Part shown: positions 33,001-57,600 of the stretch, in pieces
How the letters are laid out: each line of letters begins with the position of its first letter
How positions within the stretch are numbered: position 1 is the first letter of the stretch
DNA from: the human T2T-CHM13v2.0 reference genome, Homo sapiens
NCBI RefSeq assembly: GCF_009914755.1
Contig: NC_060927.1
Direction: 5' to 3' (one strand)
Length of the DNA: 64,000 nt
Notes under the pieces: generated by a model
Database searches by the model: none
Seen by the model: only the letters and a program-made list of their open reading frames with translations
Told to the model about the DNA's origin: nothing
Position numbers and translations under genes: made by a program

Positions 33001-35067
33001 TTTTAATAGAGACAGGGTCTTACTCTGTTACTCAGGCTGGAGTCCAGTGATGTGATCACAATTCACTGTAAACTCTAATTCTTGGACTCAAGCGATCCTC
33101 CTGCCTCGGCCTCCTGAGTAGGTAGGACTACGGGAATGTGCCACCAATTTTTTTTGTAGTGACAAGGGTCTTCCTATGTTGCCTAGACTGGTCTTGAACT
33201 CTTGGCTTCAAATGATCCTCCTGTTTCAGCCTCCCAAAGCATTGGGCTTACAGACGTGAGCCACTGCACCTGGACAAATTTTTTAAAACATTCTATTGGG
33301 TAAATCTGTTCAATTGTTAATTGGGCTGCCTCAATAAGCAGTGAATGCCCCATCTCTGGAAGTGTTTGAATAAATTTGCATATAAAATTACTGTTATTCA
33401 GTCATTTTAATCTACAAGAATGGCAATTTCATATGGTTCAACCTAATATTTGGTGGAAAAGGTAGAGGATGAGTCAAGCAATTGATATTTTAAGAGCAAG
33501 TGACAGAAGCACATCTCAAACTGACTTCACCAAAGGGAAGGAGAGGTATTTATTAGTGGAGTGGAAAGCATATTGGCTCGTGTAACTGAAAAGCTCAAGT
33601 AAATTTAGCTTCGGGTATGGTTACATCCAGCAGTCTCTCTCTGTCTCTGCCCTGTCCTCCTCTGTGTTGGCTCCCTTCCCAGACACACCTGCCCCTTGTG
33701 CTAAGCAGCTGGGCACTAGCGGCTCCAGGCTTATGTTAAAGCAGCTTAACAACCCCAGCTAAGAGTCTCTCCTCACCAATAATTCCTGGGACTAACTCTT
33801 ATTGAACTGAGTTGGCTCATACACTCCTCTCTGAATCAATAACTAAGCCCTCAGTTATTGACTCAGGGGCAGGGAGTAAAATTACTAATTGGCTTCGCCT
33901 CAATTACAAGTTGCCCTGGAGTCCAGAGGAGAGTGGGGTGAGAAAAGAGGATGTTCAGCCACATGGGCTGAAAGTAAAGAGAGGGTGGCTTTCCAATGGA
34001 AAACTGAGGTGCTACAGGTTGACCTGAAAATGAAATGGTGTGTTGGTTCTGAATCTATTTGAAAAATAAATAAGTAATAGAAAGATGAAGTGAACCAACC
34101 AAGTGAATCACCGGGTGAAAATGTGTTCTAAGCAGAGAGAGCAGCTGGTGCTCATGGGGGAATGAGCTAGGTAGGTTTGAGGAACAGAAACAAGGTCAGT
34201 GTTCCATTATCTGTTGCTGCAAAACAAAACGTCAAAACTTAATGGCTAAAAGTAATAACTGTTTTATCTCTTCAATTCTGTAAAATGACTAGACTCAGCT
34301 AGAAAGTTCTGCTCCATGTGATGCTAGCTGGCTGCCGTCACGTGGAAGGTTGACTAGGCTGGAACATCCAAGATGGCTTAGTCACATGGCCAGCAGTCAA
34401 TGCTGCTGGCTGGGGGCTCACCTGGGGTTATGTATGGCCCAGGGCTCCTCAGTTCTCCTCCATGTGTCTTCTCTGTGAAGCTTTTGGTTTCTTACAGCAT
34501 GGTAGCTAGATTCCAAGAAAGATAGCAAAAGCTGCTAATCTTTTTTTTTTTTTTTTTTTTTTTTTTTGAGACAATGTCTTGCTCTGTCGCCCAGGCTGGA
34601 TTGCAGTGGCATGCTCTTGGCTCACTGCAAGCTCTGCCTCCCGGGTTCACGCGATTCTCCTGCCTCAGTCTCCTGAGTAGCTGGACTATGGGCGCCCACC
34701 ACCAAGCCCAGCTAATTTTTTTATTTTTAGTAGAGACAGCGTTTCACTGTGTTAGCCAGGATGGTCTCGATCTCCTGAACTCGTGATCTGCCCGCCTCAG
34801 CCTCCCAAAGTGCTGGGATTACAGGCGTGAGCTACCGCGCCCGGCAGAAGCTGCTAATCTTAAAGCTTCAGCTCAGAAGTCCTGAAACATTAATTTAATC
34901 ACACACAATCATGGAGCCAGCATATTCAAAGGCCATTACATTAGCGTATAGGAAGGAAAGAAACTGGTGGCCACCATCTTGGCTCCAGCCTTGGGGAGTA
35001 GGAGGCTGGGCCATAGTGAAGGGCAGAGTGGTATGCAATGGAATTGGAAAGGTAGGAAGGGGCTGGA

Positions 35068-35285
35068 TCAGGGGTATGGAAACTATAATCCAGAGGCCAA
35101 ACCCAGCCCACTGCCTGTTTTTGTAAATAAAGTTTTATTGGAAAGTAGCCACATTCATTTGTTTACTATATTGTCTATGGTAGAATCTAATAGCAGAATC
35201 GAGCAGTTGCAACAGAGACCATATGGCTCACAAAGCCTGAAATATGTTCTATCTGGTCCTTTACAGAAAAATCTACTGATGCCTG
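35068..35285. mobile_element. MER58A inserted in L2
   Basis: GCCCACTGCCTGTTTTTGTAAATAAAGTTTTATTGGAA...TATCTGGTCCTTTACAGAAAAA. Confidence 0.8.
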
Positions 35286-35642
35286 GGCTAAGTCATGGAG
35301 TGCCTTATAAGAATTGTTGAGGAGTTTGAATTTTATTCTAAGTGTGATGGGAAGCCACCAGAGGGTTTTAAACCAGTGAGCCACAATATCCCACCTACAT
35401 ATTTAAAAGATCCTCTCTGGGAATGGATTACTGGAGGATAAACATGAAAGCCGGGAAACCAGTTAGCAGACTATGACAATAATCCAGATGAGAGATGATA
35501 GAGTCAAAAACACAAGTGTGTGAATTTTGCACATGTATTCAGGAGAAGCAGCCTGCAGGACTTACTGAGCCATTGGATATGGGGATGAGAAAAAGAGAGG
35601 AAGCAAGGATGACTTACATTTTTGGCTTGAGCAACTGGGTAA

Positions 35643-35942
<300 letters not shown>

Positions 35943-37649
35943 TGATCCCCTCACCTCTGCCTGCCAAAGTGCTGTGGTTACAGGTGTGAGCTACCACACC
36001 CAGCCAAGAGTTCTTTTTCGAACATACCAACTTTGAAGTTTTTGTCAGATATCCAAGAGACCTGACAAAAACCTCAAAGTTAATATGTTCAAAAGCAGCT
36101 GAACACTTGAGACTGGAGATCAAGGCATAAGTTTGAGAATCATCAGTAAACAGTATTGAAAGCCAGACACCTGGAAGGAATATTTCCAGAGAAAAAAATG
36201 GAGATAGCCTAAGACCTGGGAAAATTAGAAGCCAACAGCAGCAGAAAGTCAGCAAAAGAGAAGCAGTAGTAGTGGAGAGGAGAGAACCAGGAGACTGTGG
36301 TTTCATGAAAGTCCTGGAAAAAACATTTCAAGCTGGAGGGAGTGGTCCACTGTGTCTAATGCTACTGGGTAGTGGAAGAACGGGTGGACAGAGAAGTGAC
36401 CACAGAACTCTGTGACACAGGCCTTTCTGAAACCTTGACCAGAGCGATTTCAGAGGACAGGACCACACCCTGATTGACGGAGTTTAAGAAAACCATGAAA
36501 TGTGGACAAATGGAGGCAGCAAATATAGAGAGACCTATTCTGAGAAGTTTTGCTATAAAATGAACAGGTCAGAATCACAGATGTTCACTGCAGGCTCATG
36601 AGCTTTAAAGTCTCTTTCACTACTAAAGAGCATTGACTCCATGGAGCACCTACTATGTACCAGCACATTGCTTGTCAAGGATCCCAAAGAGGAATTTCTT
36701 TCTAATGGCTTATTGGGAAATTGGATGAAACACAACAGAAATACATACCTATAGCTTCCAAAAAAAAAAAAAAAAAAAGAGAAGAAAATTTCAGCCCTTG
36801 AGAGGCAAGTGAAGATTTTCAAACAGGTTTCTCCACATTGTAGGGAGACCTGCAAACCCATAAAACCAGCAGTTTCGTTTCTGCTGGGTATGCACTCAAG
36901 CTCTTCCTTCCACACTTTCTCAAGGAAGCTTGTTCAAGCAAACTTCTGAAATTTGCTACCAAATATAAATGTGCAACCCAATGAATAAGCAGATTTTTGT
37001 AATCAGAACAAAATGCATCTTGTAGAAGGATACAAAGTATTATTTTTGCTTTAACATTTTGTTATTTGTTTCTGGAAAACATTTAGTTTCTCCTGACAAA
37101 CTTCCAGGACAAAAGCACACACTCATACACACAGAATAAGTACAGACTGTAAGAAAGACATGGAGACAATTTTGTATCTAATTTCACTTCCTGGTAATCT
37201 TCAGGAAGATTCAGGTGATCTGAATCTGAATCTCTACCTATAATCTTCGGGTGGAGATTATCACACCTTGGGAGGCCTAGGCAGGCAGATCGATTGAGCC
37301 CAGGAGTTTGAGACCAGCCTGGGCAACATGGTGAAACCCTGTCTCTATAAAAAATACAAAAATTAGGCGGGTATGGTGGTGCATGCCTGTGGTCCCAGCT
37401 ACTTGGAAGGCTGTGGTGAGAGGATCATCTAATCCCGGGAGGTCAAGGCTGCAGGGAGCTGAGATCATGCCACTGCACTCCAGGCTGGGCAACAGAGTGA
37501 GACCCTGTCTCAAAAAATTAAAATTAAAAAAAAAAAAGAGATCACCTGACCCTAAAGTCTGAGCTCTGAACCATTGGCTATACTATTTTATAGAGGTGCA
37601 AGCTGACTCATTATGTTGCCTGTCTTCCTGGGTCTATAAAATATGTAAT

Positions 37650-38385
37650 CAGCAAAGACATGGAATCAGCCTAAATGCCCATCAACAGTAGAGTGGATAA
37701 AGAAAATGTCCAGGTTCGGTGGCTCATGCCTGTAATCCCAACAGTTTGGGAGGATGAGGCGGGTGGATCACCTGAGGTCAGGAGTTTGAGAGCAGCCTGG
37801 CCAATGTAGTGAAATCCTGTGTCTACTAAAAATACAAAAATTAGCCAGGCATGGTGGTGGACGCCTGTAATCCCAGCTACTCAGGAGGCTGAGGCACAAG
37901 AATCACTTGAACCCAGGAGGCAGTGAGCCGAGATCGCACCATTGCACTCCAGCCTGGGTGACAGAGTCAGACTCTGTCTCCAAAAAAAAAAAAAAAGAGA
38001 AAGAAAAGAAAATGTTGTACATATACACCATGGAATTCTATGCAGCCATGAAAAAGAATGAGATCATGTCCTTTGCAGCAACATGGTTGGAGCTGGAGGC
38101 CATTATCCTAAGTGAACTAACACAGGGACAGAAAACCAAATATCACATATTCTCACTTATATGTAGGAGCTAAACACTGAGTACACATGAACACAAAAAA
38201 CGCAACAACAGACACCGGAGCCTACTTGAGGGTGGAAGTTGGGAGGAAGGTGAGACTCGAAAAAGTACCTATCAGGTACTGTGTTTACTACCTGATGAAA
38301 TAATATGTACACCAAACCCCTGCGACAGGAAATTTACATATGTAACAAACCTGCACACGTACCTCTGAATGTAAAATAAAAGTTT
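37650..38385 (+). mobile_element. 5'-truncated L1 3' end (old L1PA/L1PB), interrupted by an Alu at ~37710-37995
   Basis: ORF2 C-terminal remnant ([24 protein letters not shown]) followed by the L1 3'UTR. Alu TSD AAGAAAATGT. Confidence 0.88.
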
Positions 38386-38530
38386 TTTTTTAACTTTTTC
38401 AGAGAAGTAAAGAAACAGAAGAATGACTACTCCATAGAGCAGCCAACTTTTTTTTAAAAAAAGGCATATATGGAATCATAACAGGAGCCATATTTCTGTC
38501 TTTGCCCATGAATTTATTTAGAATCCCAGC

Positions 38531-41617
<3,087 letters not shown>

Positions 41618-41924
41618 CCAGCTCTGCTCTTTATGAAGCTATATGACTCTAAATCACTTAATCTGAGTGAGCCACAGTTGCTTCATTTGTCAACCAGTGA
41701 TAATAGATCTACTTTACATTTGTGTATTAAATTAGCAAATGTAGATAAAGGTCTGTGTTCATGCTCTGAGTACAATACATGATAGTTATCATAAAGAACA
41801 ATATCTATGAGTACACCCAGCCTTTCTCAAAAAGATAAAGCTATGTTATCTACTGTTAAGAAGGGTCTCAAAAAAAAAAAAGAAAGAAAAACAAGAAGGG
41901 TCCCAGATCTCCTGAGTTATCCTA

Positions 41925-43265
<1,341 letters not shown>

Positions 43266-43924
43266 AGAGTCACAGGCTTCAGAAGGTCATCTGTCGGCAT
43301 AGTAAAGTGTCTCCCATAAATGGGATCACAAGGCCTTCTGGCTAAGCAACCCCAACCTCTCCTCTACCCAGTCCCAAACCTCGCAGCAGTCATCCAGACT
43401 TGCTTTGGTTGCCCTATAAGTCCTTCCCAATGAGTTATTTCTGATTAGGAAGAACTTCTACTCTCCTCTTCTCTATCTTTGAAGACATTGGGAACTGCTC
43501 TACTGTAGAAATAACTACAGTCCCAATTTGGACCAGTTTGCAGCTTGGCTTTGAATGTTTTCAAAACCTCAGCTTAGACAAGAGGAAAAAATTCTGTCTC
43601 CAAGCCTTGCCCACCTCAACTTCCTTAAAGACTCTGACGAAGAGTGACAACAGGGCTAGGAATGACCATCTTTTTGGTCTGACTTTAGCTGGTGAAATTC
43701 ACTGTACATAGAAATGCAAGAGCTGGAAGAGGAGGAACTCCAGTGGAAAGGGTCTTTCCATTGGCCCTGATGATGCACAAGCTGGCTTTGAGCATCCCAT
43801 CTTCTTGATGTGAAGAAACAGCAGCAGAAGCTCTATCAGGTCAAGGGGCTGTTTCCATTTTTAAATGTTTGAGGTTTTTTTGAGTTGGGTAAAGAAGATA
43901 GCTTTAAATTCCTATTCATGAATA

Positions 43925-44445
43925 GCAGCAGATGCTGTTTGGAGTGTAGACCACTTCCCCTCAGCCTGACTAGGGTTTCAGCTGCAGCCAGAGTGGACAT
44001 TCTCCATGCACGCTGGCAGCGCCCACCTCAGGCAGCTGTGGAGTCCCTCAACTTTTCCAACTCAGGTTTTATTGGAAGCTTCAGTAGTTCACTTAGTCCA
44101 TACACAGAGCAGCCCTAAGTGCCCGGGCATGTCAACACTCCCAATCATTGGAGGAATAAGAAACCAGTGGGGGAAGGCCCCAGCCTCTGGCCCTTCAGAG
44201 GCACAATTCTGAGGTGTATTCTCCACAGGTCTCCAGCAACAGTGAGCCCTGGCTGCCCGCAACAGGAACCAGTGGAATCCTACATCCTTGCCTGGCCTAT
44301 TTCTCCTCTTACTCTCCCTACTCCTCCTCTTACTCTCCCTACTCCTTAACTCCTACTTCCTAGGGTCCCCTTTCAAAAAGCTATCTATACCCAAGACCCA
44401 GGTCTTTCTGAGATTTCGTCTTTGGGATAACCTAAGCTAAGATAT
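43925..44445 (+). mobile_element. LTR16-like ERVL LTR
   Basis: Diverged similarity to recalled consensus, ending AACCTAAGCTAAGA. Confidence 0.55.
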
Positions 44446-45300
44446 GCATCAATGCACATGTTAGGAGGTGAGTTTTAAAAAATTTTTTTTCTTTTTTTTA
44501 CTTTTTTCCTCTTTTTTTTTTTCTTTTTCAACCATGGGAGACTCACTGGAGTCTTTGTTTCTGAATTAAAAAGGAAGTGTTTGGGGTTTTTTTTTAACAT
44601 TCAGAAATAAAGTTGCTCCTGGAAAAGGGAACCTGTCACTATTAAGAAGAGCTGTCCTTCATGTGGAAGAAGTGGGAATTCAGTTCTGACTATTGGTAAC
44701 AAAGTTAAGCCTTCAGGCTGACTGTTAATCTAGGCCAGGGCCTGGGCTGGAGAGGAGCAGCCTGGCTGATTGTGGTGTGGAGGTATTTCTTCTTCCCGGT
44801 CCTAGCGCTGGAGGCTGGAGGTGGAATGTGTAATGGGAAAAGGCTGTGGGTTGAGACTGAGACAAATGTTGAAAACAGATCATAGAGACCTGGGAAACCT
44901 GAACTGAGGTTACAGAGTAAGAGAAAAAAACAGGCAAGACAGGCTTATGAAGTGGGAGGTGGTCTGGAATCATTTCAGGGACCAAGGGTGAAGGCCAAGG
45001 GAAGGCCTTCTCCCCCTTCCTGACATTTGTGCGAGGGTCCTGCCATGGAACAATGCCCCTAATAATCCCAGTAGACCTAATAACAACACTTCCCCCAACT
45101 GTGGATCTATTTGCATGAGAGAAGGAAAACAAGGGGATGAAGAGGAGGAGATAGGGAGATAGGGAAAACAAGCATTTGCGCCCAGTAAGAACACCTGCTT
45201 TCCAAGGGCATAATTGTAACCCAGGGAAAGGAACAATAAAACAAAGACTCACCGTTACCAAAGGGGATTTCCAAGAACAAAAACAACCAACAATAACTGA

Positions 45301-48971
<3,671 letters not shown>

Positions 48972-50209
48972 TAAACAGATTTATTGTATAATGTATATAT
49001 CATAAAATCCAGTTTGGTGAGTTTTACTAAATTTATTGTCATGCAACCATCACCACATTTCTGTTTAAGACAATTTCATTGCCCTAAAAACTTTCCTTGT
49101 GCCATTTGTATTCTATCCCTGCTCTCAGCCACCACTAGGTAACTCCTGATCTGCTTTCTATATCTATAGTTTTGTCTTTTCTAGAAATTTCATATAAATT
49201 AGATCATACAATATGTGGTCTTTTGTGGCTTCTTTCACTTTAGCATATTGTTTTTGAGGTTCATTCTTATGCACTGTGCTTTTCTTGGCAGTCTCAATTT
49301 TTCAGCCTACTTTTAGAGAAAACAAAAATGAGTGGTAGAAAATCTGGGGAAATTCCTCAGTAACTTGATCTGAGCCTAGAAAAGTTGCCAAGGTTAATAA
49401 AAAACACCCTGAAAGTTCCATGTCACACTGGGATTGATTTTAAGGATACTGCTCATCTCTCTTTCCTCCTTGTTTTTAAAAGAAAATTGACTGTGTTGGC
49501 AAAAGTACTCATTTCCTCATTTTACCTTCCTGTTCTTGTCTATAAACTTACATAATTTATACATTATGTACTCATAGTGTAGATACAAATGTGGCATTCT
49601 GTATTTCATTTTCTTTACCATAAAATGTTTTTAAAAGTAATGATCATAAACTTGCTGACCAGCATGCACACTCTCACCTGGAAAACTGAACAGAGGTAAC
49701 TGCTTTTTATGGAATTTAACAAGACAGTCATTCATTTATTTAACAAAATGCAAGCTCTTACAGCTCTACTTTATACTGAACTCTAACCAGATGAATCTAA
49801 CATCCCACGGTCCTAAGATTTTGCATTACAAGTCATGCTATTTGTTTAAATAACAGGAAAAAAAAAAAGACAGAAACACTTTAGGAAGCCAATTTTCCTT
49901 GCTAATGAGCAGATACTAAAATAATGAGTATCTTCTGACTACCTTCCTCAAACCACTGAAAAGTTTACCCATTAATCATATGTGAACTTTGAAGCGTGGG
50001 TGGCTGGAGCTTCTCATAAGCACATCCTTAAAGATGAAACCACATATAAATTGCTAAAGGAATCACCCGGTGAAAGTCAGACTGTGATTAGTAGGTATGG
50101 GGAGGAAGGAGAAGTTGAAAGACCCAGGCTGGGGTCAAACCTCTTTCAGTTACGTTTTTAATCAAATTAAGTCAAAACTAACGTTTCATGTCTCTTTTGC
50201 TTATTATTG

Positions 50210-50660
50210 ACAGCCGTGTTTAGCTCAGCCATCCCCCACTGAAGCGAACTGTGTCAGTGCACTGTCAGATGCAGCTTTGGAAGACAATTGCTGTCCCTGC
50301 TGGCTTCTTCCCTCACGTGCCTGTGTTTCAATGCCTGAGGGCTCCTCTGAGCCCACACACAGGACTGGCCAGAATTGCTGGGAGGTAACACCCCAGGACA
50401 GCCTCAACAGATGAGGGCTAGGAGCTGGTGAGTCCACCTGCCAGCCTCCTCACCGCTGCACAGTCTCTCAGAGGGGCCTTCACAGGACTGCGGCCCAGTT
50501 GTCCTCTGAGGTATCCTGCTCGGCAATGTGCCCTATGTGGCTTTTCTCTCTTCCCTGTCTCACTTCCTTACTCTGCCTCCTAGAATCATTTCTTAAATAG
50601 ATGATTTGCCCAAAATCCTTTGCCTCAGGGTCCACTTTTGGGCTAACCGAACTAAGACAT
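50210..50660 (+). mobile_element. LTR16-like ERVL LTR
   Basis: CTTCCCTGTCTCACTTCC...CTCAGGGTCCACTTTTGGG..AACCGAACTAAGACA. Confidence 0.6.
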
Positions 50661-50684
50661 CTACAAAATTTTAGATAGGAATAG

Positions 50685-50846
<162 letters not shown>

Positions 50847-50861
50847 TGACATCACACCTGA

Positions 50862-51014
<153 letters not shown>

Positions 51015-51365
51015 TAACAGAAATCTCTGCGTCTGACTCAGACCCAGAGAAAAGAAACCACAGTGATCAGAGTCATACACAAGGGGGTGCCCTCTAGCAG
51101 GTTCGCCTGAGGTTGTCCGCCTCCCGCCTCATGCTATTAACATTCCATAAACACGCCATGGCAGAGAGCAGGGCACTGCTGAAGGTTTACATGCGGTAAC
51201 TGATTTCATTCTCACAACAACCACGTGAGATGAGTGCTGTTACTGTCCTCATTTTACAGAGGAGAAACCGAGCATTTAAACTAATTTGACCAAGGGCATA
51301 GGGCTAGAAAGGTGGTGTTTAAGAACATCCCAGTGCTTTCTAGCCCTTTCTAATCCAAGGGCTAG

Positions 51366-51824
<459 letters not shown>

Positions 51825-52020
51825 TAGTCTCAAACTCCCGGACTCAGGCAGTCCTCCTGCTTTGGCCCCTTAAAGTGTTGGGATTACAGGCATGAACCAC
51901 CATGCCCAGCCAGAATAGTATTTTTAAGTGCATAAAAGAAAACACATAGGATTACAAAGGAAACCAATTATACTGAAATGCACTTATCAAAATGTTCCCC
52001 CAAACTGTGACACAGCAATA

Positions 52021-52261
52021 CAGTGCTCCTTTGGTATACACAGGGAACTGGTTCCAGGACCCCTGAGTACACCAAAATACCTAAATCTGGGCATACTCAA
52101 GCTCTGCAGTCAGATCTGCAGAACCTGCGTATACAAACAGGCCTCCATTTACAGGGGTTTGCATCTCATGAACGCTGTATTTTCCATCCACAATGGGTGG
52201 TAAAAACTCCACGGTTAAGTAGACCTGTGCAATTCAGAGCTGTTATCCAAATATCCAACTG
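52021..52261. mobile_element. MER8 (Tigger) MITE
   Basis: TA-CAGT...ACTG-TA termini and internal TGGTTCCAGGACCCC. Confidence 0.72.
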
Positions 52262-52457
52262 TATATGCATCCATTCTATGGGAGTGATTACACGTGAGAA
52301 TGGGCTCCATAAAAGTGTCAATTCTCTGTCATTAGACACTGACAGGAATAGGCTGAGTTGACCAAATGGCTGGATGCTTTCAAGATAGACATCAGAGGCA
52401 ACCTCCACCTTCATTAACTTTCTGTTTCTTTTTTTTTCTTTTGAGATGGAGTCTTGC

Positions 52458-53326
<869 letters not shown>

Positions 53327-53466
53327 TAACTTTCTAAAACAACTTTGTGTTTCTCACCAATTCTAAGTCTGTCTATGCCTGCCAGCCATTGTCCCTGATA
53401 GGAAGTGTAGGGTGTCCAAGATGACATTCAAGGCCCATGTGACTTGAACCCAATAATTTACCTTAC

Positions 53467-53921
53467 CGTTGTGCCGAACTCCTATCCACTCCAATGGGGA
53501 TAGCCCCAGGCTCAAGAGACCAAAGAAGAGACCTCGAGCCAGCAAATGAGACATGGGGCTTTACTGGGGCCTTACATACAGGGAAGAGAGCCCAGTGGTG
53601 GTGGGCTGGACAGGAGAACCATCAATCACTTACGGAAAGCACATGGCTTATGTATCATTTTCACTCGGCACCCTCCCTCAACAACCTCCACCTGGCAACC
53701 TTCACATATTCCCAAAACAAAGGGCTTTGACCCCTGTACATCCCAGATCCATGGGATAGGCCAGGGCTCAGATGTTCCTTAGAGATAAGGAATGAATCTT
53801 CGGGTTGGCCACCCCTGGATTCCTTGGCTCAGAACTCCAAACTGCATTCAGGTGCATCTGCTATACAGAGTCATTCTCAGGGTTTGCTGACGTTATTGCC
53901 ATCAGGTGAGTTTACCATGCA
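53467..53921 (-). mobile_element. ERVL solo LTR (LTR47-like)
   Basis: Similar to the recalled LTR47 consensus. TSD CTTAC at 53462-53466 and 53922-53926. Confidence 0.78.
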
Positions 53922-54460
53922 CTTACTAACCTCTGAGCAGTGCCTCCCATGTTCCCTACATTCCAGTCACAGCAAAAGTCCTGCTTCCCTGCATGTACCA
54001 TGCACTTTGCATTTCAGCGGCTCTCTGCCCCCTCTGCCTGCAGTGAGTGAGGCCTCCATGGCAAAGTCCTTCCTTCAGCTGAAATGGTTTTCAAAGTTCC
54101 CCGAGAGCCCCTATCCCAGACAGAATTAATCACTCCTCCTCTGAGCTCCCATAACTCTTCCCACACGCCTCTACTCTAGTGTATACATTCTAGTATAGTT
54201 ATTGTGAACATATATTAGGGCCTACGACATGAGCAATATTTTATTCATCTTAAATAGGATAGGGCAGAATACCTAGCCCAAGACTTGGCGGGGCACGGTG
54301 GCTCACGCCTGTAATCCCAGTACTGGGAGGCCAAGGCGGGCAAATCACTTGAGCTCAGGAGTTTGAGACCAGCCTGGGCAACATGGTGAAACCCCATCTC
54401 TACCAAAAATCCAAAAATTATCCGGGTGTGGTGGCACGTGTCTGTGGTCCCACCTACTCA

Positions 54461-54670
<210 letters not shown>

Positions 54671-57600
54671 TTACCCCAGGTCTTTGGGAGTCTGGTAACA
54701 GTCTTCATCAAAATGGAAGACTTGTGTTTATTTTAAAATGTCATGTATAGCTGCTGTCTCTCTCATAATGCATTAATGTTAATGAAATAATGTTATTGGC
54801 TTTGCCCAAATTTTTAAGTAAAATGGATATGCCTTAAAAACCTATCTTCTTTTTTCTGTGGCTTCTTATGCCCTCTGGCCTGCCAATAATCCCGTGGTAG
54901 AGGTACCCAGGCTGAGATGCAGGGAACTAGAGTGTTCCTCTTCCTGACCCTGGAGCTAAGGGCATCATTTGGTTGGCTTTAACTAAGAGTCCCAGGAGAA
55001 CCCTCCTGATTGCTTGAGCCCAGGAGTTCGAGATCAGCCTGAGCAACATAGTGAGACTCTATCTCTACCAAAAGAAAAATTATTTTTTATAAAATTTTTT
55101 TTAAAAATAGAGATGGCATCTCACTATATTGACCAGGCTGGTCTCAAACTCCTGGACTCAAGCGATCCACCCATCTCGGCCTCTCAAAGTGCTGGGATTA
55201 TAGGCATGAGCCACCACGTCCAACCTATAAAATAATTTTTTAAAAAAATTAGCCAGGCATAATGGCACGTGCCTATAGTCCTAGCTACTCAGAAGGCTGA
55301 GGCGGGAGGATGGCTTGAGTCCAGGAGGTTGAGGCTGCAGTAAGCTGTGATCCCAACACTGCACTCCAGCCTGGGCATCAGAGTGAGACTCTGTCTCAAA
55401 CAAACAACAAATTTTAAAAAAATCAACAAATGTAAAATTTGAAGAAAAAAAAAGAACCCTCCTACCTCCCCCAGGCAGCTGGATGCTAAATACAAAGCCT
55501 CTGGCAGGGCTCTGCCTTCCAGTAAAGAGTTCAGATGAGCAAGGATTCCAACACCTATCCATTTTTTTTCCCCCTCAGACACACTTTATCATCATGTAAA
55601 GCCTATCCATTTTCTAATCTTACTCCAAATTCTTTTGGGGATGACTCATTCTGTGAAGTGAGCTTGTTGGGGGTTTTCCATCATGTCCCTTCGTGTTTAT
55701 TATTTTCATAATTTGTTCATTGTTGTTCAGACTTTATCTTCCCTGACATATGCTTTTCTTCTTGTCCTTACAGGACAGACCTCTCTCTTCTTTGCCCAAA
55801 GAGGGGCTGAGCAAGTGTCCAAGCTCTTCCCTTCTGTTAGTTTTTGTCTTTTTCCTTTTTGTGGAGAACAGGGTCTCACTGCAACCTTCACCTCCTGGGC
55901 TTAACTGATCCTCCCACCTCAGCCTCCCAGGTAGCTGGGACTACAGGCACGTGCCTCCATGCTCGGCCAATTTTTGTATTTTTTGTAGAGACAGGGTTTT
56001 GCCATGTTGCCCAGGCTGGTCTCAAACTCCTGGGCTCAAGCAAACCTCCTGCCTCTGCCTCCCTACGTGTTGGGATTACAGGCATGAGCCACTGCACCCT
56101 GCCTTCTGTTCTGTTTGAGTTTGATCTGCCTCTGTAAATTTAAACTATGGTGCTGGGCAAAAAGCATGGAATTTTGAGTGAAGCAGGCTGCTTTCAGTCC
56201 TAGCTCTGTTACTGACCAGATAATACTAGGCAAACAGTGTAACCTCTCCCAGTCTTAACATACTCATCGATGAAAATCAGAACCGTCATCACCACTTCCC
56301 AGGCTGCCGTGAAAACTGAAGGAGGTAAGGTATGTAGAAGCATCTTAATTAGTACCTGACACAGAATAAATAATCAATGTAAATTTTTGCTTCCTTCCTT
56401 CTAAGAGAAAGGAAGTAGAGTTCTGTGGTCTACAAACTAAGTGTGGCATTGGTGCCCACTAAAGAGCCATTCATGAGGAAATCTGCAGATAGCCACTCCC
56501 CACTGGAGGGTATGGTCTTGACTTTTGCCTCAGTATCTCCAGCTCCTACCCATCATGGGATGTGGCACAAAGTGGGAATTCAACAACTGTCTATTGGATA
56601 AATAAATGGATCCATGAGTGAGTGAAAACATTTCTCTAGACTAGTAAAGGATTTGAGATAAGTTATGTGAAGGAAATCAAATAGGTTGTAGTAGGTGAAA
56701 CTTACCTCCAAGAATCTATCTGATCCCCACGCCTCTGATACTGTATAATAACAAGTTGGTAATGAAAGTCTACAATACTGGCAGAGGGGGTCATGCATAA
56801 GAGCAGCATTGGCCTTGAGAAATTCAAGCATCCCGTAATGCAAGAGCAGGTGGGCTGAGCAGATCACTTGCTTGTAGGAGTTAATTGTTAAGGCAATCAG
56901 GAGTTAGCAAGGAAGGCATGAGAGGGATTGCCCTGTAATTACTATTGTTTCAGCATAAATTTTTTTTCTGGCAAGTAATTGCTATGTATCTGGGTTGCAG
57001 CGATAGGTTCTGACTGTGGAGATATCTTTGAGGAATGACTTCAATGATTAAGCACAGCCTGGCATCACCAGATGGTTTGCTGTGGTCCACTGCCTCTGGC
57101 CTCAGCAGCAGCCTCCAGCCAGACCCCTGCTTCCACAGTTGCCCCATCACAGTCCAGTTCAGTAGCAATTAAAATTGACATTGGATATCTAAACAAAATG
57201 GGAACTTACGGGAAAGATATTAGAGGCTCGGCATTCTAGAAGGAGAAACTGGCATGATTAAGCCAAAGAAGTAAGGAAATGCAGGGCAGAGTGGGTGAAT
57301 CATGGGGGATCTAAAGGCACGCCAAGAACATTTGCAGGAACAGGAAACCCATCCCTGTGTTTCCCAGGCACACTAGGTGGGCCCCTGCCTTCTCTCTTCC
57401 GTTCCTTTCAGAGTTGAGAAAGGGCAAACTTGTCTGAAGCAGTGTATCCATGGATTAAGGAAGTACCGTTTCCTTTGCCAGCTCTGCCTGCTGAAAGATG
57501 AGGAGGTGACAATAACATCTTCATCATCTACCTACAAAGGACATGATCAAGTCTAGGCCTTGCCTGGAATACGGGGGGATAAGACTAGGTTAGACTTGAC

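Noticed and set aside
37907-38173. ORF with L1 ORF2-like peptide
   Set aside because: Fragment of a truncated, Alu-interrupted L1, not a gene.
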